The translations under genes and the position numbers were made by a program. From Candidatus Latescibacterota bacterium (GTDB lineage: Bacteria > Latescibacterota > UBA2968), in NCBI GenBank assembly GCA_965204745.1, contig OZ242010.1:1088001-1152000 (forward strand): DNA of 64,000 nucleotides, read 5' to 3'. The notes below the pieces were generated by a model, which had not been told where the DNA came from, did not search any database, and saw nothing but the letters and a program-made list of their open reading frames with translations. Positions 40,237 to 50,102 of the stretch are shown in pieces. Numbering within the stretch: position 1 is the first letter of the stretch; every line of letters begins with the position of its first letter.

Positions 40237-40283
40237 TAATCCGCGCAATCCTTTAATCCACTTAATCCGCGATTCAGACAAAT
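40237..40283 (+). repeat. Nonamer-based intergenic repeat
   Basis: TAATCCGCGCAATCCTTTAATCCACTTAATCCGCGATTCAGACAAAT; near-identical at 44328-44373. Confidence 0.8.
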
Positions 40284-40334
40284 GTAGGGGCGCGGTCCCG
40301 TACCCACCGAAAATAGAAGATAGGCGAGGGGTGA

Positions 40335-43300
40335 ATGGTGTCACAAAAAGCACATAAGCTACAAAATGCGATAAGACAACCACATCTTTCAGATATTGCA
40401 CCGCTAGAAAATGGTATCGCTCTGCGCGAGTGGATCGAAAAAGCGGTTCAGGAGATGTCCTTCAAGACGATCCGTTGTGCGACTTACGCGATCAGCACGC
40501 CAGGCCTTCAGTGGCTCCGCCGCCTGACTCGTGATCGCCAAGCCCACATAAGGTTGCTGTCGGATGGCGAGCAGACCGATCCTCAACTCGTGCGTTCAAT
40601 TACGGCGACAATGGTTGCCAGCGGTGAAATTGAGTGTCGAATCGCACCAGCACGCCCAGGGCCAGTACTAAATGAGAAGGGGCTATTTCATCCGAAGATC
40701 CTTATTTTGGATGAAACAGTAGCAGTTGTCGGATCGGTGAACCTGACCGGCAAAGGGCTAGGATTGGGGATTCCTCCGCACAACATCGAGATGTCGATAG
40801 GACTGTCAGGAACAGCATTGCAACCGACTATCAGGCAACTAGTTGAGATTTTTGACCGCTGGTGGAAAGACAGCCAGTTATTGTGGTCACACCTTGACCA
40901 TGAAAACAAAAAGGAGAGTCAACACATGGCACAGCCAGAATATGTAGTCTTTCGAGACCGACCTATGTGGGGAATAGCCCAAGTGCAGACTGAGGGTAGC
41001 GGCCTCTTTGGACAGGAGCAATGGCTTGCGGTTTCGGATATATCGCCGGTTGATCCAGAGCATCGTCCGGCACGCATCCGGATACCGGATCAGTCTGTCA
41101 ATGCAGTCGAGCCAGAACCATGGGACACCCCTGCCGTTCAGTTTGCCCGTGAGGGCGTTGACGCAGGCTCCAACTCCAAGGAGCACTTTCGTCGCTTGGC
41201 GGCTTACTGGCTTCAAGCTGAGAACCGTCAGGGCCAACTCGATAGCTTGCCCGTTCTCCAACTCCGGCACCAGACAAGTCTCGTTGAGTATCTCAGTGGG
41301 ATTGACGCCCCGCGGCAGATGCTCATTGCAGACGAGGTCGGTCTCGGCAAGACGGTCGAGATGGGGCTACTCTTGGAACGCTTGAAAGCCGCAAAGCCGG
41401 ACTTGCGCGTTCTTTACGTCACTCCGGGGAGTTTGGTCACCAACGTAATAGACGAGTTCAAGAACATGGGCTTGCCGGAGTTCTATGTCTTTGCCAACCG
41501 TTCGTTGGATGAGGAGAAATACCCGCAAGCCAGACTCAGACGAGAGGAGCAGGATCCCCGTGTTGTTGCGTCGCTCCATAGACTCGGATATGGCTCAAAT
41601 TCAGAAAATTACCTTGATAACACTCAATGGGATGTTGTCATCGCTGACGAGTGTCACAGACTCAGGATGTACGGTGCCGGTGATAATCAAAAAGCGCAGA
41701 AATGGTACCGGATAGTTGAACGGATCATCGAAAACCGTCTTGCTAAGGATGGGCGCGTTTACTTTTTATCGGGTACGCCGCATCAAGGTAATAGCGAAGT
41801 ATTTCTAAACTTAATTTCTCTTATGTGCGGTCTTGGACGCAGGGCTTCTCAACAGGAGAAGCAAAAAGCATTGGCTAGGCGAGTTATCTACCGAATCAAG
41901 GAGGATGTGCATGATTGGGACGATCTTCCCGTTTTTCCCAAAAGGAATATCCGAGATCCCAACTTAGCAGACAATCCTCCCGAATACAACACTCTGTTGT
42001 CTGAGATTGCCGAATTTTTTGATTGGGTCCAGTACAATGCCCTTCTTGCCAGTAACAAGAAGCGAGCGATTGGATTTGTGAAGAGCCACGCCCTTCAATA
42101 TGCAGCCAGTTCCCCCAAGGCTGGATTCGCCTTTCTGTTGCGCCGCTACTTGCGCTATTTTGCCGCCGAGACGAAGGAAGAAACACTACTGAAGTGGGTT
42201 TCGTTGCTGATTCCATATCGACAGCGATCTAGAAAGCAAAAACCTGAACAACTTTTAAAAGAACTGTGCAAACCAGTGAAAGAAGCCGAATCTGATTACG
42301 ATGAAGATGATGATCTCGGTGATTCGGTTGGACCTGCCGGCATTGATGAAATGCAACGAGAAGAGAGACAAAGACTATCGCAACTCCTCAGAAAGTATGC
42401 TTCATTTATGCCATTACCGCAGGCGAAGGCAAAATTTGAGGTTCTCACAGAACTTTTGGATGAGGCGGATGAACCTTTTGTCGTCTTTGCTCAGAGTTTG
42501 GACACCGTGTACGAAATAAAACGCCATGTGGAGCAACTCGGTATTCCGTGTTGCTTAATCGTTGGTGGACAAGATCCATCAGAGCGCAGAAAGGCGATAG
42601 ACGATTTCACAAAACCTGGTCGACTTGGTCGCCGAGTTCTCGTGTCGAGTGCTGCTGGCGGCGAGGGGATCAACCTGCAAATTGCGCGACGCCTGATCCA
42701 TTTCGATCTTCCGTGGAACCCAATGGTACTAGAACAACGCATAGGGCGCGTGCATCGTATCGGCACAATCGACACCATCATTGTGGATACAATTTTATTG
42801 GAAGGCTCCCGTGAAGCCGATATATACTGGCGTCTAATGCAACGTCTTTTGACTATTGTTAATGACCTTACGGAGAGCAAAATAAAGAGAGCTGAGTACT
42901 TTCGCCGCATCATAGCGGGCATTCCTTTAGAGATATTGAGGAATCTATTCAGCGGTCAGGTTGATGATGATGAGGCTATTGGGGCAGCCGTTGACGAAGG
43001 CAAGCAACGTGTGGATCAGGTGGACGCAGAACTGCGCCGCCACAGCGTTACCGAACTTCCCGATGAAAAGGGCAGGGCTTCAATGGAACTTCTGGTTGAG
43101 TTGCTCAAAGAGTCGGGCAAGATTTCAAAGCTTAACGCATCAGTGGACTACAACAAGGTAAGATATGATTCCGCCACTGACAGCTTTCGATCCCAAAAAG
43201 GGTATGCCTCTCGCTATCGGATCGATGATGGGCAAAGGAAGGAGAAGTATCCTTGGGTCGTCTTTGACCGCGAGGCGGCTGCGCTATCTCCCGATGTGGA

Positions 43301-43799
43301 TCGAGACAAAAGTGGTGGGATCAACCATCCACTAATCGCCATCGCGCTACAGACGCTACGGACTGCTCGGGATATTGACGACATGCCGAGACTCGCTCTC
43401 GGTCTAGGGACATACGACGACAAGGAATTTTTTGCCTGTTTCTCAGACAAGGCAGACGAACCTGTGGTATTACTCAGCTATCTCGTTGCCCACCTGAGAG
43501 ACGAGCACTTTTTCAATCACGAACTTCGCCTGTTTGCCCTCTCGCCCTCCAATCCGAAACCGGAAGAGCTCAAAAGAACAGAAGATGGAGAACTAGTTGA
43601 AGACATCATCTGGACAAATCTTCGCAAGGACAGTGCGAAACGCTCCTGTCCTGACTTGGATCAGAACTTCCTTAAGGAGATTTCATCTCAAGATGTGCGT
43701 ATCCGAGAAGACCTCGGCAGTGAAGTTAGAGACGAGGATGGCCGTTGGCGAGGAGCAGTATGGCCCTTGGCTGCAACCGTTCTGCTACCTTCGGCATAA
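40335..43799 (+). CDS. PLD-like nuclease fused to SNF2-family helicase; putative defence protein
   Basis: FHPKILILD...GSVNLT (HKD); IADEVGLGKT, DECH, SGTP, GGEGINLQ, WNPMVLEQRIGRVHRIG. Confidence 0.88.
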   Translation: MVSQKAHKLQNAIRQPHLSDIAPLENGIALREWIEKAVQEMSFKTIRCATYAISTPGLQWLRRLTRDRQAHIRLLSDGEQTDPQLVRSITATMVASGEIECRIAPARPGPVLNEKGLFHPKILILDETVAVVGSVNLTGKGLGLGIPPHNIEMSIGLSGTALQPTIRQLVEIFDRWWKDSQLLWSHLDHENKKESQHMAQPEYVVFRDRPMWGIAQVQTEGSGLFGQEQWLAVSDISPVDPEHRPARIRIPDQSVNAVEPEPWDTPAVQFAREGVDAGSNSKEHFRRLAAYWLQAENRQGQLDSLPVLQLRHQTSLVEYLSGIDAPRQMLIADEVGLGKTVEMGLLLERLKAAKPDLRVLYVTPGSLVTNVIDEFKNMGLPEFYVFANRSLDEEKYPQARLRREEQDPRVVASLHRLGYGSNSENYLDNTQWDVVIADECHRLRMYGAGDNQKAQKWYRIVERIIENRLAKDGRVYFLSGTPHQGNSEVFLNLISLMCGLGRRASQQEKQKALARRVIYRIKEDVHDWDDLPVFPKRNIRDPNLADNPPEYNTLLSEIAEFFDWVQYNALLASNKKRAIGFVKSHALQYAASSPKAGFAFLLRRYLRYFAAETKEETLLKWVSLLIPYRQRSRKQKPEQLLKELCKPVKEAESDYDEDDDLGDSVGPAGIDEMQREERQRLSQLLRKYASFMPLPQAKAKFEVLTELLDEADEPFVVFAQSLDTVYEIKRHVEQLGIPCCLIVGGQDPSERRKAIDDFTKPGRLGRRVLVSSAAGGEGINLQIARRLIHFDLPWNPMVLEQRIGRVHRIGTIDTIIVDTILLEGSREADIYWRLMQRLLTIVNDLTESKIKRAEYFRRIIAGIPLEILRNLFSGQVDDDEAIGAAVDEGKQRVDQVDAELRRHSVTELPDEKGRASMELLVELLKESGKISKLNASVDYNKVRYDSATDSFRSQKGYASRYRIDDGQRKEKYPWVVFDREAAALSPDVDRDKSGGINHPLIAIALQTLRTARDIDDMPRLALGLGTYDDKEFFACFSDKADEPVVLLSYLVAHLRDEHFFNHELRLFALSPSNPKPEELKRTEDGELVEDIIWTNLRKDSAKRSCPDLDQNFLKEISSQDVRIREDLGSEVRDEDGRWRGAVWPLAATVLLPSA

Positions 43800-43818
43800 T
43801 TTGGAGTGATCCTTCTGT

Positions 43819-43908
43819 AACGGAATTGACACGCGGTTCAATTTGGATGGCGATGGCGCAATTGGGTTCGCCGATTTTCTGATCTTTGCCAATAGCTTTG
43901 GCGCTTAG
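43819..43908 (+). pseudogene. Remnant of an EF-hand/dockerin-like C-terminal domain
   Basis: Translates NGIDTRFNLDGDGAIGFADFLIFANSFGA* with no start codon. Confidence 0.7.
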
Positions 43909-43967
43909 ATACATCTAAAATTTTTCACGCTGTTGGTACGAGAAATGATTACATGGGAGCAGTCAAC

Positions 43968-44189
43968 ATGGCACTGACCGCACGAGAAGTCTTCGCAGAA
44001 ACCGTTCGCACTTTATCACCTAATGAGCAGTTTCGCCTTGTAGCACTGATTTTACGGGAACTGTCGCAGGCTGAGGTCGCTGTTGTGGACCGGCGTGATG
44101 CTTGGAGCGAAGAAGACAAAAAAGACTTGACGGCCGCCTCCTTGCAGTACGCCGAGGCACGCTATCCAGAGGAGAAAGCCCTTGTTTAA
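43968..44189 (+). CDS. Small putative antitoxin
   Basis: GGAG RBS; VRTLSPNEQFRLVALIL...DAWSEEDKKDL; overlaps the downstream toxin fragment. Confidence 0.7.
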   Translation: MALTAREVFAETVRTLSPNEQFRLVALILRELSQAEVAVVDRRDAWSEEDKKDLTAASLQYAEARYPEEKALV

Positions 44190-44310
44190 TTCAGGCGATG
44201 TGTCGGTGCTCGACTTCCCCGGTGTGACGGGTGTCAAACGCCGGCCAGTAGCGGTTATTTCCTCTGCAGTTTCGGCCCGATGTGGTCGTCGATCTCATTA
44301 CAAGCCAAGC
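44182..44310 (+). pseudogene. Truncated PemK/MazF-family toxin
   Basis: GDVSVLDFPGVTGVKRRPVAVISS, then degenerate and cut by the repeat at 44328. Confidence 0.7.
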
Positions 44311-44327
44311 GGGTGCGGAGGAGGGGG

Positions 44328-44373
44328 TAATCCGCGCAATCCTTTAATCCGTTTAATCCGCGATTCAGACAAA
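44328..44373 (+). repeat. Nonamer-based intergenic repeat
   Basis: TAATCCGCGCAATCCTTTAATCCGTTTAATCCGCGATTCAGACAAA. Confidence 0.8.
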
Positions 44374-44386
44374 TGAGCGTTGATCC

Positions 44387-44974
44387 ATGAAATTCCGTTC
44401 CGCTGAATTTGCAATGAGCGTTGGGTTTGTGCGGCAACTGCCACGCGATGGGATGGCTGAAATCGCGTTTGCGGGGCGTTCCAATGTGGGCAAATCGTCG
44501 CTGATCAACCGGTTGTTTAACCGAAAAAATTTGGCGAAGACCAGCAACTCGCCCGGCAAGACGCGCACCCTGAATTTTTACGCGGTGAATCGCAGGTACT
44601 ATTTTGTGGATTTGCCCGGCTATGGGTACGCAAAGCGTAGCCAACGCGAGCGGCAGGCGTGGGGAAAGTTGATCGAGAACTACGTGCGGGATCGCCCCTC
44701 GCTGAAGGGATTTGTGCAACTCATCGACGCGAGGCACGATCCGAGCCGCGAGGATTTGCAGATGATCGACTGGCTGATGAGCGGCGAGAAGCCGTTTTTG
44801 GTGGTCGCCACGAAGGCCGACAAGTTGTCGGGCAACAAACTCAGAAACCGATTGGATCAAACCCGGCGCATACTCGCGTTACGTGGAAATTTTGATCTGC
44901 TGCCGTTTTCCGCCGCGACGGGGCGCGGCAAAGACGCGGTTTGGCACTGGATTGGAGAGGTATTGGATGCGTAA
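44387..44974 (+). CDS. engB: Ribosome biogenesis GTPase YihA/YsxC
   Basis: AGRSNVGKSSLIN, PGKT, VDLPGYGYA, TKADK. Confidence 0.95.
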   Translation: MKFRSAEFAMSVGFVRQLPRDGMAEIAFAGRSNVGKSSLINRLFNRKNLAKTSNSPGKTRTLNFYAVNRRYYFVDLPGYGYAKRSQRERQAWGKLIENYVRDRPSLKGFVQLIDARHDPSREDLQMIDWLMSGEKPFLVVATKADKLSGNKLRNRLDQTRRILALRGNFDLLPFSAATGRGKDAVWHWIGEVLDA

Positions 44975-46067
44975 ATATCACGTTAAAAACGCCCGCGAGA
45001 TTCCCACGCCTGCCCTGTTGATCTACAAGGCGGCGGTGGCGCACAACATTCGGGCGATAGGCGAGATGATGGGCGGGTACGCGCGGTTGCGCCCGCATAT
45101 CAAGACGCACAAGATGTCGCAGGTCGCGCGCATGGAACTCGATGCGGGGATCGACAAGTTTAAGTGTGCAACGACGAAAGAGGCGGCACTGCTCGCGGCG
45201 ATAGGCGCGACAGATATTTTGATCTCCTATCACATGGTGGGGGCGAATATCGACCGCGTGGTCGGTTTGAAGCGGCTATATCCCGCTGTGGATCTCAAAA
45301 TCATTGCGGATGATGCCGATAATATCCGAGCACTGTCCAATGCCTGTGCAGCGGCCGAGGTGCGCTTGGGCGCGATGGTGGATGTCAACACCGGGATGAA
45401 TCGCACGGGGGCGTTGCCCGGCGCGGCGTCATTGGCACTGGCACGGCAGATCGCACAATCGCCGGGGTTGCAGTTTGCGGGCTTGCACGCGTACGATGGG
45501 CACGTGGGCGGGGATGATCCGGATGTGCGGCAAAAGACCGCGGTTGAAGCGATAGAAAAGGCGGTTGATACCCGCCGCCTGATCGAGCGGTCCGGGCTTG
45601 AGGTCGAGAAATTGGTCGCCTCTGGATCGCCGGGCTTTGTACATACGCAAGCGGTGGATGAAGTGGATGAGGTGTCGCCCGGGACGTGGATTTTTTGGGA
45701 TACCGGATACGGCGACCTGATGGAGACGCCCTTTCAGTGGGCCGCCTTGGTTTTGTCCAGCGTGATCAGCGCGACGCAGGCGGATTTGATCACCTTGGAC
45801 GCGGGCAGCAAGGCCATTGCCCCGGATACGCCAGAACCCCATTTTCGCGCCTTGGGCTTGCCAGACGAGATTGCGTTTGTGCGGCGCAATGAGGAACACC
45901 AGTTGTTGCAACTGCCCAAGGGCACGCCGCGTCCCCAGGTGGGCGATCAGTTTTACTTGGTGCCGCGCCATGTGTGTACGACCGTGAATTTGTGGGATGA
46001 GGTGTGCGTGATCGATGAGAACGGGATGTTTGCCGAGACCTGGGCCGTAGATGCGAGAGGGCATTGA
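44967..46067 (+). CDS. D-threonine aldolase/DSD1-like PLP-dependent enzyme
   Basis: TPALL, RPHIKTHK, YDGH, NEEH, PRHVCTTVNL. Confidence 0.88.
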   Translation: MRKYHVKNAREIPTPALLIYKAAVAHNIRAIGEMMGGYARLRPHIKTHKMSQVARMELDAGIDKFKCATTKEAALLAAIGATDILISYHMVGANIDRVVGLKRLYPAVDLKIIADDADNIRALSNACAAAEVRLGAMVDVNTGMNRTGALPGAASLALARQIAQSPGLQFAGLHAYDGHVGGDDPDVRQKTAVEAIEKAVDTRRLIERSGLEVEKLVASGSPGFVHTQAVDEVDEVSPGTWIFWDTGYGDLMETPFQWAALVLSSVISATQADLITLDAGSKAIAPDTPEPHFRALGLPDEIAFVRRNEEHQLLQLPKGTPRPQVGDQFYLVPRHVCTTVNLWDEVCVIDENGMFAETWAVDARGH

Positions 46068-46068
46068 A

Positions 46069-47649
46069 TTGGAAAGGGTTCTAATCGGCGATTCCCTGGC
46101 CGATGGCTGGCAGGGTGTTTTCGCTGCGTCAGATCTAGAAGCCGATGTGAACGCGGGCTTGTCCGAAGACGAATTGTGTCGCGTGATTGGCGATTACGCC
46201 GGGCTGATCGTGCGGAGCGCAACGCGGGTGACGCAACGGGTGATCGAGGCGGGTGTGAAGCTGCGCGCGATAGGTCGAGCGGGCGCGGGCGTGGATAATA
46301 TCGACTTGGACGCGGCCACGCAGCGGGGGATTGTGGTGATGAACGCGCCGGGCGGCAATACGATTTCTGCCGCCGAATACGCGATGGCGATGATGATGGC
46401 GCTGTCTCGCAATATCCCCCAGGCGACCGCGGCTCTCAAAGCGGGCGAGTGGGCGCGCGGCAAATACACGGGTGTGGAGTTGTACGGCAAGGTGCTGGGC
46501 ATTATTGGCGTGGGCCGCGTGGGGCAACAGGTGGCGCGGCGCGCCCATGCGTTTGGGATGAAGTTGTTGGGTGCAGACCCGTTTTTGTCGGACAACCTGG
46601 CGCATCAGTTGCACATCCGGCAGGCTTCGCACGATGAGATCTTCGCCAAAGCGGATTATATCACCCTGCACGCGGCGCTGACCGATCAAACCCACCATCT
46701 CATTGCCGCGCCCTCGCTTGCAAAGTGCAAAGATGGGGTGCGCCTTATCAACTGCGCGCGGGGTGAACTCGTGGATGAACGCGCCCTCGCCGATGCGATT
46801 GACGCGGGCAAGGTCGCAGGTGTTGCGCTAGATGTGTTTGTCGAAGAACCGCCCGCGGTGGATCATCCATTGCTCGACAAGGCCGAGGTGATCGCCACGC
46901 CGCATCTGGGGGCTTCCACCTTTGAGGCGCAGGAGAAGGTGGCGCGGCAAATTGCTTTGGATTTGCGCGATGCCCTGCACGGCAAACCCGTTCAAAGTGG
47001 CATCAATTTGCCGCCGATAGATCCGGAATATCGCGACGCGATCAGCCCCTATTTGTCGCTGGCCGAAAAGGTGGGGTCCCTGCACGCCCAACTGATGGGC
47101 GGGCATTTGCACAAGGTCATCAACCGATACCAAGGCGTGATTCGGGAATATGCCACGGCGCCGCTTTCGGCCGCGGTGTTGAAAGGCATTTTTGGGCACC
47201 AGTCCGAGGAGCCGGTGACATTGGTCAACGCGCCACTGTGGGCCAAGGCCCGCGGCATTCAAGTTGAAGAATCCAAGAGCAGCCACGAGGATTACAACAA
47301 TTTGATCAGCATCGAGGTCGAGACTTCAGAGGAGCGCACGTCGATTTCCGCGACGGTTTTTGGGCGGCGCGATTTGCGATTGGTTCGCATGGACGATATC
47401 GAAGTGAAGGCCAAACTCGAGGGCAATATGATCGTGTTGGGCAACCGAGACGTGCCCGGCGTGGTGGGTCACATGGGCAATTTGTTCGCTACAAACGGGA
47501 TCAATATTTCCGATATGGCGCTGGGGCGCCGGAGCCCGGGCGGCGAGGCGATTATGGTGTTTAATATCGACGCGCCAGTGTCCGATGTGGTGCTGACCGA
47601 TATCGTGTCTCAAGAATTTGTGAACTGGGTCAAACAAGTGGTGCTCTAA
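46069..47649 (+). CDS. serA: D-3-phosphoglycerate dehydrogenase with ASB and ACT domains
   Basis: IVRSAT, GRAGAGVDNID, INCARG, TPHLGASTFEAQ, NRDVPG; start uncertain (46051 or 46069). Confidence 0.93.
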   Translation: MERVLIGDSLADGWQGVFAASDLEADVNAGLSEDELCRVIGDYAGLIVRSATRVTQRVIEAGVKLRAIGRAGAGVDNIDLDAATQRGIVVMNAPGGNTISAAEYAMAMMMALSRNIPQATAALKAGEWARGKYTGVELYGKVLGIIGVGRVGQQVARRAHAFGMKLLGADPFLSDNLAHQLHIRQASHDEIFAKADYITLHAALTDQTHHLIAAPSLAKCKDGVRLINCARGELVDERALADAIDAGKVAGVALDVFVEEPPAVDHPLLDKAEVIATPHLGASTFEAQEKVARQIALDLRDALHGKPVQSGINLPPIDPEYRDAISPYLSLAEKVGSLHAQLMGGHLHKVINRYQGVIREYATAPLSAAVLKGIFGHQSEEPVTLVNAPLWAKARGIQVEESKSSHEDYNNLISIEVETSEERTSISATVFGRRDLRLVRMDDIEVKAKLEGNMIVLGNRDVPGVVGHMGNLFATNGINISDMALGRRSPGGEAIMVFNIDAPVSDVVLTDIVSQEFVNWVKQVVL

Positions 47650-47818
47650 GCGATCCGCCCACCGGGCGAATACTCTGCGGCCTAGGGTACAATTGCATAG
47701 CCCTTCATCAAAGCGGTAGATGGGTGGTTGAGTGGCCCTCTTACGTCTCACTTCTTCCCTCTTGCGTCTTGCCTCTTACCTCTCCCGTCTCACCTCTTAC
47801 CTTAAAGGATGTCAAGAT

Positions 47819-49099
47819 ATGCCTGTTTCAGCAATTGTAGGCGCGAATTGGGGTGACGAGGGCAAGGGCAAGATGACGGATGTTCTCGCGCAGCACTCGG
47901 ACTTTGTCATTCGGTATCAGGGCGGCAACAATGCCGGGCATACCATTATCAATGCGTATGGCAAATTTGCCCTTCACCTCTTGCCATCGGGCGTGTTTTA
48001 CCCGCATACGACCAATATTCTCGGCCCGGGCATCGCGCTGAATATCTCCTCATTTTTGAGCGAATTGGACGAACTCATCGCCCGCGGCGTGCCAAAGCCA
48101 TCCCTGTACATTTCCGAGCGCGCGCAAGTGGTGCTCCCCTATCACCTGCTTTTGGATGAATACGAGGAGGAGCGGTTGGGGGATCGCAAATACGGTTCGA
48201 CCAAGTCGGGCATCGCGCCGTTTTATTCGGATAAGCATTTGAAAATCGGGGTTCAGGTGGCCGATCTGTTCGACGAGGGCCGGTTGCGCGACCGCGTGGA
48301 ACGCTCGCTGACCGTGAAGAACCTGCTTTTCGAGCATTTGTACCAAAAGCCGATCATGTCTTTGGAACAAATCGTGCCGGCTTTGATGGCGGCGGGGGAT
48401 AAAATCAAACCCTATGTCTGCGACACGTCGACCTTGTTGCACGATGCCCTGAAAGACCAAAAGAAAATTCTCGTCGAGGGACAACTGGGTGCTCTGCGCG
48501 ATCCGGATCACGGCATTTATCCCTATCCCACATCTTCTTCTACGCTGGCCGGGTTTGCAGCCGTGGGCGCGGGCATTCCGCCCCATGCGATTACGCAGGT
48601 CGTCGCGGTGACAAAGGCGTATTCCTCATGCGTGGGTGCCGGGCCTTTTGTTTCCGAGATTTTTGACCGCGAGGCCGAGAATCTCCGCGAGCGCGGGGGC
48701 GATGCCGGGGAGTACGGCGCGACAACGGGGCGGCCGCGCAGGATGGGCTGGTTTGACGCTGTGGCTACGCGCTATGGCTGCCGCATGCAAGGGGCGACCG
48801 CCGTCGCGCTGACCGTGCTCGACGTGTTGGGCTATCTCGACGAGATTCCGGTCTGCACGGCTTACGAGATCGATGGCGAGAAAACCCATCGGTTTCCGGT
48901 GCCCGCGCTTTTGGATAGGGCGACGCCGGTTTTGGAAATGATGCCGGGCTGGCGACGAGATATTTCATCGGTCCGCCGGTTTTCGGATTTGCCGACAAAT
49001 GCACAAAATTACGTCATGCAGATCGAAGCCTGGCTCGAAGTGCCCGTGAAATGGGTTTCCGTTGGCCCGAGACGGGAAGATATTATCGCGTTGCCATGA
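47819..49099 (+). CDS. purA: Adenylosuccinate synthetase
   Basis: GANWGDEGKGK, QGGNNAGHT, EYGATTGRPRR. Confidence 0.96.
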   Translation: MPVSAIVGANWGDEGKGKMTDVLAQHSDFVIRYQGGNNAGHTIINAYGKFALHLLPSGVFYPHTTNILGPGIALNISSFLSELDELIARGVPKPSLYISERAQVVLPYHLLLDEYEEERLGDRKYGSTKSGIAPFYSDKHLKIGVQVADLFDEGRLRDRVERSLTVKNLLFEHLYQKPIMSLEQIVPALMAAGDKIKPYVCDTSTLLHDALKDQKKILVEGQLGALRDPDHGIYPYPTSSSTLAGFAAVGAGIPPHAITQVVAVTKAYSSCVGAGPFVSEIFDREAENLRERGGDAGEYGATTGRPRRMGWFDAVATRYGCRMQGATAVALTVLDVLGYLDEIPVCTAYEIDGEKTHRFPVPALLDRATPVLEMMPGWRRDISSVRRFSDLPTNAQNYVMQIEAWLEVPVKWVSVGPRREDIIALP

Positions 49100-49198
49100 C
49101 CTGCGACCATCGGATTATGCCACACAAAAACCCCAGACGAAAATCGCCTGGGGTTTGGTTTTGAGAACGGCGTCAATAAAATACAAAAGGAGGCCGCC

Positions 49199-49957
49199 AT
49201 GTCCCTCGCTGCATGTATATGGGCACTGACTTGCCCGCAGGAAATCGCGTTGACGCAACTTGCCGATGCGGGATTTACCCAGATCGACATTCGCCCGAGT
49301 GGGTTGCAAACCCCGGATCTGCAACAACGGGCCAAAGACCTCGGCCTCGGTATCTCGTGCATGGCGGCCTCTGCGGAGATGCCCGCGGGCGCGTCTCTTG
49401 CCGGGGATGATCCACAGGTCGCACGCGATCACGTCTGTCGCGCATTTGAACACGCGGCTTTGCTCGGCGCGACGACCGCGTACCTCGTACCCCAGGGCGA
49501 TGACCCCGACCGCTTTGCCGAATCCATGATCCCGCTCGCGGACAGCGCGCAAGATGCGGGGCTCAAACTCGCTATCGAACACTTTCCCGGCACCTTTTTG
49601 CCCACCGTGCCATTCGCGCTCCACTATGTCGAAAAAATCGGTCACCCCAACTTGTACTTGCTTTTTGACCTCGGCCACGCACAAATCGCCGATGAAAATC
49701 CCGCGGAGATGATCGCCCTTGCAGGCGACCGCCTCGCTTATGTCCACCTCGACGACAACGATGGCAAAAGCGATTTGCACTTGGGCCTGTGCGATGGCGT
49801 GCTGACCCCGAATGTGCTACGCGCCACCTTTGCCGCGCTCCAATCCATTCGCTATACCGGCAACATGAGCCTCGAACTCAAATCGGACATTCCCAACCCC
49901 CTCGCCGCGCTGACAAGAAGCCGTCGCCTTGTGATCGAAAATCAGGGTAGTCAGTAG
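49199..49957 (+). CDS. Sugar phosphate isomerase/epimerase (TIM barrel) family protein
   Basis: LAIEH, FDLGH, VHLDDN...DLHL, SLE; AGGAGG RBS. Confidence 0.82.
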   Translation: MSLAACIWALTCPQEIALTQLADAGFTQIDIRPSGLQTPDLQQRAKDLGLGISCMAASAEMPAGASLAGDDPQVARDHVCRAFEHAALLGATTAYLVPQGDDPDRFAESMIPLADSAQDAGLKLAIEHFPGTFLPTVPFALHYVEKIGHPNLYLLFDLGHAQIADENPAEMIALAGDRLAYVHLDDNDGKSDLHLGLCDGVLTPNVLRATFAALQSIRYTGNMSLELKSDIPNPLAALTRSRRLVIENQGSQ

Positions 49958-50102
49958 TCAGCGGTCAGTGGTCAGTGGTCAGTCCCCGCTCCGCCCTTCC
50001 GCAAGTGAGAAGTAAGATAAGCCCACACCAAGCCCCAAGTGGTCAGCAGTCAGCCATCGGCTTCTCTCATCTCGCCCCTCACGTCTCCCATCTTTCCCTC
50101 CT

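Noticed and set aside
38359-44376. Integron cassette array or prophage
   Set aside because: No integrase, attC-like sites or phage structural genes in the window.
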